Below are positions 10,770 to 19,425 of a stretch of 64,000 bases of DNA, in pieces. The position numbers and the translations under genes were made by a program. The DNA lies in assembly GCA_022825725.1 (NCBI GenBank), contig JAJDWE010000055.1:28919-92918 (forward strand). Direction: 5' to 3'. The notes below the pieces were generated by a model that worked only from the letters and a program-made list of their open reading frames with translations, did not search any database and was not told the origin of the DNA. Numbering within the stretch: position 1 is the first letter of the stretch; every line of letters begins with the position of its first letter. The DNA is from Gemmatimonadota bacterium. GTDB lineage: Bacteria > Gemmatimonadota > Gemmatimonadetes > Palauibacterales > Palauibacteraceae.

Positions 10770-11429
10770 GTGCACCGCGCCACAATCGGCGAGCCATCGG
10801 CGACGCTCGCCGGCGCACTGGAGACCCGCCCCAGGAACGTGCATCTTCCCGTGCGTGGGGCGGGTCCGTCCACCAGCTCGAAGCGGAGGCATCCGATACA
10901 GACACACGATCCGGGGTTTCTGACCCTGTCGAATCTTCTGTCCCTGAGCCGCATACCGCTCGGCCTCGCCTTCATCGTGGTCTCGGACCCCGGCATGATG
11001 GCCGTGCTCGTGGCCACGGCCGGCGCGACGGACGTCCTCGATGGGTTCATCGCCCGGGTGAGCGGAACGCGCTCCCAGGTCGGACTCCTGCTCGACCCGC
11101 TCTGCGACAAGCTCTTCGTCCTGCTCGCTCTCTCCGGCTTCCTGGCGGCGGGCGGGCTCGACGCGGTGTCGTTCCTGATCCTGATCCTCAGGGATCTCTA
11201 TACCGCCGGGTGCTATCTCCTGGCCCGGCTGGTCTCCATCATCATCCCCTTCAGGCCCCGGTGGCCGGGAAAAATCGCGACCGGCCTGCAGTTTCTCACG
11301 CTGCTCGCCCTCATTTTCAACCCTCGGTATGTTCCCGCACTCGTTTTGCTCGTCGGCGTGACGTCGGCATGGGCGATCATCGATTACGGAACTCACTGCC
11401 TCCGGCGGAAGTGGAAGAGCGCGACCTGA
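10770..11429 (+). CDS. CDP-alcohol phosphatidyltransferase (PgsA-like). The true start is probably downstream, near 10900.
   Basis: D-x2-D-G-x2-A-R...G...D-x3-D motif in ATDVLDGFIARVSGTRSQVGLLLDPLCDKL and multiple TM helices. The N-terminal about 45 aa of the ORF are not family-like and overlap a hairpin after ssb. Confidence 0.7.
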   Translation: MHRATIGEPSATLAGALETRPRNVHLPVRGAGPSTSSKRRHPIQTHDPGFLTLSNLLSLSRIPLGLAFIVVSDPGMMAVLVATAGATDVLDGFIARVSGTRSQVGLLLDPLCDKLFVLLALSGFLAAGGLDAVSFLILILRDLYTAGCYLLARLVSIIIPFRPRWPGKIATGLQFLTLLALIFNPRYVPALVLLVGVTSAWAIIDYGTHCLRRKWKSAT

Positions 11430-11444
11430 CGATCGCCGGATGGC

Positions 11445-12461
11445 TTGAACGGTTTGGGTTTGAAGAACGAAACGGTCGACATAACGATCATCGGCGGCGG
11501 TCCGACCGGACTCTACGGATCCTTCTACGCCGGCATGCGCGGCGTCTCGGCCCGCATCATTGATGTCCTCCCCGAACTCGGAGGTCAGCTGACGGCGCTG
11601 TACCCCGAAAAGGATGTCTTCGACGTCGCCGGCTTCCCCCGGGTGCTCGCCAAGGATCTTGCGCGGGAACTCGTCACGCAGGGCCTGCAGTTCGACGCGG
11701 AGGTCTGCCTCGAGGAGCGCGTCCTCGAACTCAATCCGGGCAACGGCGGCTTCGATCTTCGCACGAACAAGGGGCCGCGGCCCACACGCACCGTCGTCAT
11801 TGCCGGGGGCAAGGGCGCTTTCAAGAGCCGGACGCTACGCGTGCCGGGGTGGGATGAGTTCCTGAACCGGGGCCTCGTGACGAACGTGAAAGAGCCAGCG
11901 ATGTTCCGCGGGAAACGCGTTCTCCTTGTCGGCGGGGGCGACTCCGCATTCGACTGGAGTTGGGCGTTGCGCGAGATCGCCGGCGAACTCACGCATATCC
12001 ACCGCACGGACCGCTATCGGGCTCACGAGAGCACGGTCGCGCAGGTCGAGGGTGCGCATGAACGGGGCGAACTCGAACTCCGCACCTTCTGCACCGTGAC
12101 GGAGATCCACGGGGGCGACCGGGTCGAGGCCGCGACGATCCAGCACACGAAGACGAAGGAAACGGAGCGAATCGAGGTGGACGACGTCATCGCGCTGATC
12201 GGCTTCGTTCCGAACATCGGGCCGATCGCCGAATGGGGGCTCGAGTTGCAGAAGAGGTGCATTGTGGTGGACTCGCGCATGCGCACGAACATCCCGGGCG
12301 TCTATGCCGCGGGGGACATCGCCACCTACGACGGGAAGCTGGAATTGATCTCGACCGGTTTCGGGGAGGCCGCGATCGCGGTGAACAACGCGGTCCACCA
12401 CATCGACCCGACCGCGAAGGTGAACCCGGGCCACTCGACCGACTACAAGGTCTTCAAGTAG
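11445..12461 (+). CDS. ferredoxin--NADP(+) reductase, thioredoxin-reductase-like type 2 (YumC family)
   Basis: FAD site ITIIGGGPTGLYGSFYAGMRG, NADP site LLVGGGDSAFDW, a GD motif in AAGDIATY, and full-length similarity to YumC-type FNR. Confidence 0.8.
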   Translation: MNGLGLKNETVDITIIGGGPTGLYGSFYAGMRGVSARIIDVLPELGGQLTALYPEKDVFDVAGFPRVLAKDLARELVTQGLQFDAEVCLEERVLELNPGNGGFDLRTNKGPRPTRTVVIAGGKGAFKSRTLRVPGWDEFLNRGLVTNVKEPAMFRGKRVLLVGGGDSAFDWSWALREIAGELTHIHRTDRYRAHESTVAQVEGAHERGELELRTFCTVTEIHGGDRVEAATIQHTKTKETERIEVDDVIALIGFVPNIGPIAEWGLELQKRCIVVDSRMRTNIPGVYAAGDIATYDGKLELISTGFGEAAIAVNNAVHHIDPTAKVNPGHSTDYKVFK

Positions 12462-12482
12462 CGGGAGCCACCCCGTTTCCTG

Positions 12483-15347
12483 CTAGAGCCGCCGCCCGGC
12501 GAGTTCGACGAGCCGGGCGCCGGATCCCGCGAGGTTCTCCCTCGCCCAGTCTCGCACATCCTCCTCGTGCGTGAATAGGATGACCTGGGTCGAGCCCGCG
12601 AGCGCGTGCAGCGTCTGCAGCACCGCCTGTTTCCGGACCGCGTCGGACGCGCCCACGACATCGTCGAGGATGAGGGGGCAGGTCTCGCCCTCCCGGGTGA
12701 GGTGCCGTGAGAGCGCGAACCTGAGCAGCAGGTAGATCTGCTCCGCCGTGCCGTGCGAGAGCAGTTCGGCGGAGCGCCAGCGCCCCCCCCGCGTCCGGAC
12801 CTCGACGAGCAGATTCTCCGGGTCGATGCGGCATCCGGTGTAGCGGCCGTCCGTCACTCCGGGAAGCCATTCGAGGACCGTCCGCGTCAGAACGGGCGCG
12901 ATGTCGCGCAGCACGCGCTCCTGCGCCTCTTCGAGGAATCCGATCGTGCAGTCCAGCGTGTCCTTGAGACGCGCGATCCTCGCCTGTTCCCGCTCGGCCG
13001 CCGCCAGCGCGTCCTCCGCGTCGGCGACGCTGGGCAGATGGTGCTCACGTTCGGTGAGCTGGCCGCCGGCGCGCAGTACCTCCTCGCGGGCCGCCTCCGC
13101 TTCCCGCCTCAGATTCTCCAGCGTCTCCCCGGTCGGCCGCCCCGCCCGAGCTTCGACGAGGAGGTCCGCCCCGAGCCGGTCGACGAGCCCGCTGGCCCGG
13201 AGGCGGCGTTGCTCCACTTCGTCCGCGAACTCCCCCAGCGTCCGCTCGCCGAGCAACTGTTGCAGGCGATCCCATGATTCGTTGCGTTCGCCGGCTTCCG
13301 CGAGCATCCGCTCCCGGCCCGCGCGCCACTCCTCCAGCGCGGTCGCCAGCTCCTCGGGGTCTTCGGCGGTCACGCCGATCTGCGACCCGGCTTCACGCAG
13401 CTTGTTCACGGCATCATCGGCCCGCTCCGACCGATGTGAGTGCCGCGTCTCTGCCGCCAGGCGCCGAGCCCGTTCGTCACTCCACTCTCGGCGCTGCTCC
13501 GCGGTCCGCCGTTCGAGTTCGTCCAACTCGCTCCGGGTGACGCCCCGGGTCCTCAACTCAGCGAGCGGGGCTCCGGCTGCATCCGCGAGGAGGGCATCGG
13601 CTGCGGCCCGAAGCCGATCCGTCTCGGCGGCAAGTGCGTCGAAGGATGAACCGGCAAGCAGCCCCTGAAGCTCATCCCACTGCGAGCCCCGCCGCGCCGC
13701 CTCTTCCCTTCCGGCCTGCCGGGATGCGGCCTGGCTGCGCAGCGACTCCGCGAGCGCTTCCGGTTCGAGCGAACCCGCGTCCTCCCCGCCGGCGAATTCA
13801 CGGAGGCGGTCGATCGCGTCGCGCCGAGTCCGCAGTTCGGCCTCGTACCGCCTGTGGGCCGAGCGTCCGGTCTCGAGTTCGCGCCGGAGACTGTCGCGCC
13901 GCACGTCCAGCGCAAGCGCAATCTCCGAGCCGTCGGCCCGCGTTCTCGCCAGTCGGTGAGACAGGACGCCTCCCGCTCCGACCGCGAACAGGATCAACCC
14001 CGCGGAGCGCGACTCCGGCCCCAGCAGCGCGAGGACGAGACCTCCGATCGTCACGGCCGCCGAAAGAGCCAGCCACGCCGCGGCTCGCGCGCGTGAACGT
14101 TCCCGGGGGGGCGCCGGCCTCCTCTCTTCGAGATCGGCCAGATCCCCCTCGATTTCCTCCAACCTCCGCCCCGCGGGCCGCTCGACCTCGGAAAGCGACT
14201 CCCAGGCGCGGAGCGCGTCGCGGATCTCCGCCAGGCGCGTGTCCTCCTCCGGGGAAACCCGGGGGCCGCCCTCCGGGAAGAGCGCCTGCAGCTCACGCGC
14301 ACCGGCGAGGCGAGCCTCGACTTCTGCGGCAGCGGCCTCCGCGACGACTGCCCGCGCGGCCGCCAGCGCCGCATCGCCGCCGTCGATCCTCTCCTCGATC
14401 TCTCGCGCCGAGGGCCCCGTCAGCTCCACCGGATCGGGGAGGTTGCGCCACGTCGTGAGCGCTTCGGTGACCGCCCGCGTGAGCCCGCCGCCCTCGGGGA
14501 TCGGGTGGGGCGCCCCCTCGGGGAACGCCTCGTGCAGGGCCCGCGCCTCCCGCAGCCGCTCCGCGTGCCTCTCCGCCTCGGCGCTCGCGAGCGCGGCCTC
14601 CGCCGCCTCCACGCGGTGGCGGGCCTCCCTCGCCGCCCGCTCCAGCGTTTCGACCTCGGCGCGACGCTCCTGAAAGTCCCGGTGCGCCTCGCGGGCCGCC
14701 TCCAGAGCCTTGCGCGCCTCCGCGACCCGCCGCGCCGTCGTCATGAGCGGCTTCGTCGGAGCCCGGGTCGATCCGACGCGTTCCCGGAGAACCTCCTCGA
14801 GCCGCTGCAGCGCGGCGGCCGCCGTCTGGTCCACCCCCGCCGTCGCCGCCGCGCGCTGCATGTCCTCCTGCAGCGATTCGGGGTCGTCCCGGACCCTGAG
14901 GATGTCCGTCTGACGCACACAGGCGGTGGCGAGAAACGAGCGGCGGTTCAGGCCCAGCCACCGCGAGCCGTCCGGTGCCCCGTCGAACAGGATCTCGCCC
15001 GAATAGTCCCGTCCCGCGACGCTCATATCCTCGGCCGAACTCTCGATCCTTCCCGCGAGATCGTGCCTCAATTCCACGCGCCGTCCGTCCTCGAGCGCGA
15101 CGATGGCTCCGATTTCCCACTCGTCGTCGTCCCACGGCCTGTGGCGCTCCGCGAACCGCTTCTCCTCCTTCCGCATCGCCCCCTTGCCACGCCGCATGCC
15201 GCAGAGTCCGGCGTACAGCGCCGCGTGCCAGGACGATTTCCCCGCTTCGTTGCGGCCGAAGACGACGTTCATTCCCGGCGCCAGTTCCAGCGTCTCATCC
15301 CGGAAGGGGCCGAAGCGGTGGGCCGTCACGGACTCGAAGCGCATCAC
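12483..15347 (-). CDS. YhaN/SbcC-like SMC-family AAA ATPase with an internal transmembrane hairpin
   Basis: Walker A GRNEAGKSS at the N-terminus. At the C-terminus, a signature/D-loop region with Walker B LILDDVVGASD and an FTHEED H-loop. In between, a long Ala/Arg/Glu-rich coiled coil interrupted by two hydrophobic helices (AAAWLALSAAVTIGGLVLALLG...GLILFAVGAGGVLS, about aa 423-465). Its start overlaps the stop of the upstream Mre11-like gene (ATGA at 15344-15347). Confidence 0.8.
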   Translation of the reverse strand: MMRFESVTAHRFGPFRDETLELAPGMNVVFGRNEAGKSSWHAALYAGLCGMRRGKGAMRKEEKRFAERHRPWDDDEWEIGAIVALEDGRRVELRHDLAGRIESSAEDMSVAGRDYSGEILFDGAPDGSRWLGLNRRSFLATACVRQTDILRVRDDPESLQEDMQRAAATAGVDQTAAAALQRLEEVLRERVGSTRAPTKPLMTTARRVAEARKALEAAREAHRDFQERRAEVETLERAAREARHRVEAAEAALASAEAERHAERLREARALHEAFPEGAPHPIPEGGGLTRAVTEALTTWRNLPDPVELTGPSAREIEERIDGGDAALAAARAVVAEAAAAEVEARLAGARELQALFPEGGPRVSPEEDTRLAEIRDALRAWESLSEVERPAGRRLEEIEGDLADLEERRPAPPRERSRARAAAWLALSAAVTIGGLVLALLGPESRSAGLILFAVGAGGVLSHRLARTRADGSEIALALDVRRDSLRRELETGRSAHRRYEAELRTRRDAIDRLREFAGGEDAGSLEPEALAESLRSQAASRQAGREEAARRGSQWDELQGLLAGSSFDALAAETDRLRAAADALLADAAGAPLAELRTRGVTRSELDELERRTAEQRREWSDERARRLAAETRHSHRSERADDAVNKLREAGSQIGVTAEDPEELATALEEWRAGRERMLAEAGERNESWDRLQQLLGERTLGEFADEVEQRRLRASGLVDRLGADLLVEARAGRPTGETLENLRREAEAAREEVLRAGGQLTEREHHLPSVADAEDALAAAEREQARIARLKDTLDCTIGFLEEAQERVLRDIAPVLTRTVLEWLPGVTDGRYTGCRIDPENLLVEVRTRGGRWRSAELLSHGTAEQIYLLLRFALSRHLTREGETCPLILDDVVGASDAVRKQAVLQTLHALAGSTQVILFTHEEDVRDWARENLAGSGARLVELAGRRL

Positions 15348-16459
15348 AGCACCTCGAGGTCGTCGCGTCCGTCGAGCGCCCGGAGTCCCATCCGCAGCAC
15401 ACGGCGCTTCTCATCTTCCGCCAACTCCGCTCCCATCACATCCTCGACGAACCGTCCTCTCACGGTGGGCTCCCCGCGGATCTCTTCGAGGTCGTACGCC
15501 AGGTGCAGTTCGGGTTTCCGGATCTGCACGGCGTCGAATGTTTCGAGCAACTGCTCGCGGATCGTGTCCTCCTGGAGGTCGAGCGACGGCTCGAGGTCGC
15601 CGCACACCGTGAGGCGCGCGAGTCCCGCGAGGCTCTCCGTCGTCGCGCGCAGCGTATCCCGGATCTGCTGGCGGCTCGTGAGGCCCGTGACATCGAGCCG
15701 CAGATCGTGAACCGGGGTGACCGCCACGACGCGGCGCTCGCGCGCGACCTCGCCCTCTGCGTCGATCGTCGCCACGACGGGTCCGCGCTCCCCTTCCTCT
15801 CCGAACTGCAGCGGGTCGGGGTTGCCGGGATAGGTGTGATGGGCGCCGTCCGCCGGCCGGTGATAATGGCCGAGGAACGCGTGATTCAGCCCGCTCTCCG
15901 GGATCTCGTCGGTCTCGAAGGGGGCGTGCGGCGCCTTCCCTTCACCCTGTGCCGCGAGCCACGACCGTTCCGCTCCGTGAAAGAGCGCCACGTGCGCCCC
16001 CGCCCCGGAGACGCGGAAGCCGTCGCCGAGGAAGTTGTCCGTGTTGGCGGGAGCGCAGTGCGCGCCCCCCCAGAGCGTGATGCCGGGCGCGAGGGGGACC
16101 GCCTGCAGCGCCGCATCGCGAAAGATGTGAACATTCCCGCTCCATCCCTCTGTCGCGTAGACGCTCGTCGGCCCGTACCAGTCGTGATTGCCGGGCGCGA
16201 TGTAGACGGGCACCGGGTCGAGGGAGGCGAAGGTCTGCCGCAGGAAGTTCGCCGTGTCGAGCGTGACGCGGTCGTGCTCGTACAGGTCGCCGCCGCAGAA
16301 GAGTGCGTCCGCGCCGGTCGAGCGCACGAGTTCCACGATCGCGAGCAGGGTATCGCGAAGCGCCTCGCGCCGCCGCCGCGCCACATCGCCCGTCGCCTCG
16401 CACCACGCGAACGGGGAGTCGAGATGGAGGTCGGCGAAGTGGACGATCGTCCGTTGCAC
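15344..16459 (-). CDS. YhaO/SbcD-like Mre11-family calcineurin-type metallophosphoesterase (nuclease)
   Basis: MQRTIVHFADLHLD (motif I), GGDLYEH (motif II), GNHD (motif III) and GHYH..., in the order typical of the SbcD/Mre11 fold. Translationally coupled to the downstream SMC-like ATPase. Confidence 0.8.
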   Translation of the reverse strand: MQRTIVHFADLHLDSPFAWCEATGDVARRRREALRDTLLAIVELVRSTGADALFCGGDLYEHDRVTLDTANFLRQTFASLDPVPVYIAPGNHDWYGPTSVYATEGWSGNVHIFRDAALQAVPLAPGITLWGGAHCAPANTDNFLGDGFRVSGAGAHVALFHGAERSWLAAQGEGKAPHAPFETDEIPESGLNHAFLGHYHRPADGAHHTYPGNPDPLQFGEEGERGPVVATIDAEGEVARERRVVAVTPVHDLRLDVTGLTSRQQIRDTLRATTESLAGLARLTVCGDLEPSLDLQEDTIREQLLETFDAVQIRKPELHLAYDLEEIRGEPTVRGRFVEDVMGAELAEDEKRRVLRMGLRALDGRDDLEVL

Positions 16460-16461
16460 AG

Positions 16462-17622
16462 TCAGGTGAGAAACGCCTCGATGCGGCCCCAGTTCGCCTC
16501 CGCGTCGGAGGCTCCGAGTTCCACGAGCGCCCGGATGTACTCGCTCTCGAACAGGAGATAACTCAGGAAGTCGGCGGTCTTGATGTCCGGCGTTCCCAAG
16601 CCTCGCACGAGAAACCTGAGCGCCGGGGGAAGTTCGATCTCGAAGTCGCGGGCGAGCTTCCCGATGTCCCGGGAGGGTCTCAGGATGAGCAGGTCGACGC
16701 GGCGCAGACCCTGGCTCTCGGAGACCTCGCGGGGGAGGCGGTCGACGAGGCAGTTGATCCGGCGCAGCGCGGCGGCGTCCCAGTCCAGCGTGTCGAGAAA
16801 GACCGAGTTCAGCAGCAGGCCCAGGACTCTCGCCGGCGGGGGATATCCGGTCGTGTCCGGCGCCCGCGCCTCCAGTTCGGATCGCCGGTAACGGGCCGAG
16901 ATCGTGAAGATGCGGTCCGCCCCCATGTGAATCGCGGGCGCCAGCGGCGCAGCGGTGCGGAAGCTCCCGTCCCCGTAATACTGCTGACCGAGCTTGATGG
17001 CCGGGAACACGAGCGGGATCGACGCGGAGGCGAGGATGTGGTCCACCGAAATGTCCGTCCGCACGAGTCGGTAGTGTGTGCTCGCGCGCCCGGGCCCCGA
17101 CTGCGGTTCGCCCTGCACGAAGAGGACCGTGCGCCCGGTCTGGTACGACATCGCGGTGAGACCGACCGCTTCGAGGTCCCCGGCCCGGATCCGGGCGGCG
17201 ATCTCTCCGCGGCCGACATCGCGCTCGATGAATTCCCGCAGCGGCGACGTGTCGACGAGGCTCTGGAAACGGGGGCTCAGCCCGGTCCCGCCGCCCAGCA
17301 GGGATCCCCCCATCCGCAGACCCACCTTGAGCAGGGAAGCGGGGTTGGTGCGCAGCACTTCCTCGGTCGTGAGCGAGAGCCAGCGGCGCTTCAGTGCCTG
17401 CGTCGCGCCGTGCAGATTTCCGTTGTAGGCGGCGAGGAACCCCACGTTGATTGCACCCGCCGAGACGCCGGTGAGGAGGGGGATCCGAAGCCCGGGCAGC
17501 CGTCTGCCGACATAGCTCAGCACGCCGGTCTGGTAGGCGGCCCTCGCGCCGCCGCCCGAGAGGGCGAAGGCCAGCTTCCCCCGCGCGGCGCCGGAAGCGC
17601 CGCTCCCAGGGGCTCTCGTCAC
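16462..17622 (-). CDS. patatin-like phospholipase
   Basis: Gly-rich oxyanion loop FALSGGGARAAYQTG (GGxR), nucleophile elbow GVSAG (GxSxG) and a catalytic Asp in a DGS/DGG context (YGDGSF). Its stop lies 2 nt from the start of the Mre11-like gene. Confidence 0.8.
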   Translation of the reverse strand: MTRAPGSGASGAARGKLAFALSGGGARAAYQTGVLSYVGRRLPGLRIPLLTGVSAGAINVGFLAAYNGNLHGATQALKRRWLSLTTEEVLRTNPASLLKVGLRMGGSLLGGGTGLSPRFQSLVDTSPLREFIERDVGRGEIAARIRAGDLEAVGLTAMSYQTGRTVLFVQGEPQSGPGRASTHYRLVRTDISVDHILASASIPLVFPAIKLGQQYYGDGSFRTAAPLAPAIHMGADRIFTISARYRRSELEARAPDTTGYPPPARVLGLLLNSVFLDTLDWDAAALRRINCLVDRLPREVSESQGLRRVDLLILRPSRDIGKLARDFEIELPPALRFLVRGLGTPDIKTADFLSYLLFESEYIRALVELGASDAEANWGRIEAFLT

Positions 17623-17635
17623 GCCGGTCCCCGCG

Positions 17636-18181
17636 TCAGGACCGTCCGCCGGGTCGGCCCAGGAGTTGCCGGTGCCAGGAACGGGCCGCCGGCCGCTCGA
17701 GTTCGCCCGCCCGGAGGGCCGCCAACGTGTCGATGGTCGGATCGAAGACGGGAGTCGCGTCGCCGATCGCTCCGGTCAGCGCCCGCGCCCGGAACTCCGA
17801 TCGCGCGCAACTCTCGATTGCGCCGGACTCGTCCCGGTAGAACACGCGTGTGCTGTCGAGAAGCGAGCAGCCCAGGCGTTCCTCGAGCGCGCCCAGCCGC
17901 CGGGACATCGCGTCGATCGAGCACCCGGACGCGGGTGCCGAAGCTTCGTCCACGGCGACGACCGCGAAACGGTCTTCGATCCATTCCACGCCCGCCCGCA
18001 GTGCCGCCCCGTGCGCGGTCCAGATGTCGACGAACGCGCGCAGGTCGACCATCAGCGCTTCGCGCTCCTCGGAGGTCAGCGGACGGTCCGCCCCGTAGAT
18101 CCAGACACGGGCGGAATCCGGAAGCGATGTCAGCGGAACACTCATGTCGGGACCATACGTCGGCCCGCGACCTCCCGCCAA
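17636..18181 (-). CDS. hypothetical protein. The ORF starts with TTG at 18181; an internal ATG at 18145 (MSVPLTSL...) is an alternative start.
   Basis: 181-aa ORF 13 nt upstream of the patatin gene and 25 nt downstream of the ABC permease, on the same strand. No Walker motif or other recognisable motif. Confidence 0.45.
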   Translation of the reverse strand: MAGGRGPTYGPDMSVPLTSLPDSARVWIYGADRPLTSEEREALMVDLRAFVDIWTAHGAALRAGVEWIEDRFAVVAVDEASAPASGCSIDAMSRRLGALEERLGCSLLDSTRVFYRDESGAIESCARSEFRARALTGAIGDATPVFDPTIDTLAALRAGELERPAARSWHRQLLGRPGGRS

Positions 18182-18206
18182 CCCGGGCCTGGCAGGCCGC
18201 GGGCCG

Positions 18207-19418
18207 CTATTCGTACCGCAGCGCTACGATCGGATCGAGGCTGGCCGCGCGCCGGGCGGGCCAGAGGCCGAAGAACACGCCGACCGCTGCGGCGAACACC
18301 ACGGCGAGGCCGATGGCCTGCGGCGCGATGGCCATCGTCCAGCCCGCCGACCGGGAGAGCATCTCGGCCGCGCCGTAGGCGAACGCGACGCCGAGAATCC
18401 CGCCCGTCATGCAGAGCGTCGTGGCTTCGAGCAGGAACTGGAGCAGGACCGCCTTTCTCGTGGCGCCGAGCGCCTTGCGCACGCCGATCTCCTTCGTCCG
18501 CTCGGTGACCGACACCAGCATGATGTTCATGATCCCGATGCCCCCGACGAGGAGGCTGACCGCGGCGATCCCGGCGAGCAGCATCGTGAACGTCTGTGTC
18601 GTCTCCTGCGCCATTTCGAGGAACTGCACGCTGTCCGAGATCCAGAAGTCGTTCTCCCGTCCCAGGGGAAGGCGGTGCTCACGCCGCAGCACGTCCTCGA
18701 TCTGCACCATCGCAACGGGGATCGCGGCCTCACTCTCGACGACGACCTTGAACTGGCTCACGCGATCGGTCCCGAGCAATCGGAACTGCGCCGTCTCCAG
18801 CGGGACGAAGATCTGCTCGTCCTGGTTGAACCAGCCCGATCCGCCCTTTTCTTCCAGCACGCCCACGACTTCGAAGGAGATGTTCCGGATGGAGATCGTC
18901 CGGCCGACGAGTTCGGCGGCGTCGGTGTTCAGCACCGCCGGGACCGCGCCCCCGAGCACGGCGACGCGCCGCCGGCCGCGGTCCTCGGATTCATCGAAGA
19001 AGCGGCCGAGCTGAAGCGTGTGATTCTCGACAGCCGCGTAGTTCGGCGTCGTACCGAGAATCCGTACGCTCGCGTTGTTGCGTCCGAACTGGACCTGCAA
19101 CTGTCCCTGCATCTCCGGGGCGACCTCCACGAGGGCCGGGGCCCCCCGCCGCACCGCTTCGACGTCTTCGGTCGTCAACCGGGCGTTCGACCCGCCGCGC
19201 ACGCCGCGGAACATCCCCTGCCCGGGGCGGACCGTGAGCACGTTGGTGCCGAGAGACTCGATCTGGTTCTCGACCTGCCGCTGGGCGCCCTCCCCGAGGG
19301 CGACCATCGTGATCACGGCGCCCACTCCGATCACGATCCCGAGCATGGTCAGGAAGGAGCGCAGCTTGTTGGCGCGGATCGCATCCATCGCGACCCGGAG
19401 AATCTCGAAGAAGATCAT
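18207..19418 (-). CDS. ABC transporter permease, MacB/FtsX family (permease only)
   Basis: N-terminal TM (LRSFLTMLGIVIGVGAVITMVAL), a large periplasmic MacB-PCD-like domain and a C-terminal FtsX 3-TM bundle (TMLLAGIAAVSLLVGGIGIMNIMLVSVTERTKEIGVRKALGA...). 403 aa with no nucleotide-binding domain. Confidence 0.8.
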   Translation of the reverse strand: MIFFEILRVAMDAIRANKLRSFLTMLGIVIGVGAVITMVALGEGAQRQVENQIESLGTNVLTVRPGQGMFRGVRGGSNARLTTEDVEAVRRGAPALVEVAPEMQGQLQVQFGRNNASVRILGTTPNYAAVENHTLQLGRFFDESEDRGRRRVAVLGGAVPAVLNTDAAELVGRTISIRNISFEVVGVLEEKGGSGWFNQDEQIFVPLETAQFRLLGTDRVSQFKVVVESEAAIPVAMVQIEDVLRREHRLPLGRENDFWISDSVQFLEMAQETTQTFTMLLAGIAAVSLLVGGIGIMNIMLVSVTERTKEIGVRKALGATRKAVLLQFLLEATTLCMTGGILGVAFAYGAAEMLSRSAGWTMAIAPQAIGLAVVFAAAVGVFFGLWPARRAASLDPIVALRYE

Positions 19419-19425
19419 CGGATCA

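Noticed and set aside
10787-10813. CGGCGAGC...GCTCGCCG inverted repeat just after the ssb stop, considered as a terminator
   Set aside because: It is an 8-bp stem with a 10-nt loop and no U-tract, and it lies inside the N-terminus of the next annotated ORF. It is used only as an argument that the pgsA-like gene starts later.
13634-14458. Pro/Arg/Ser-rich ORFs (for example 274 aa on the plus strand) within the SMC-like ATPase gene
   Set aside because: They are antisense or out of frame to a gene with intact Walker A, coiled coil and Walker B colinearity. The same applies to 14505..15710, 14975..16561, 16303..18378, 44205..46787 and 50375..52801.
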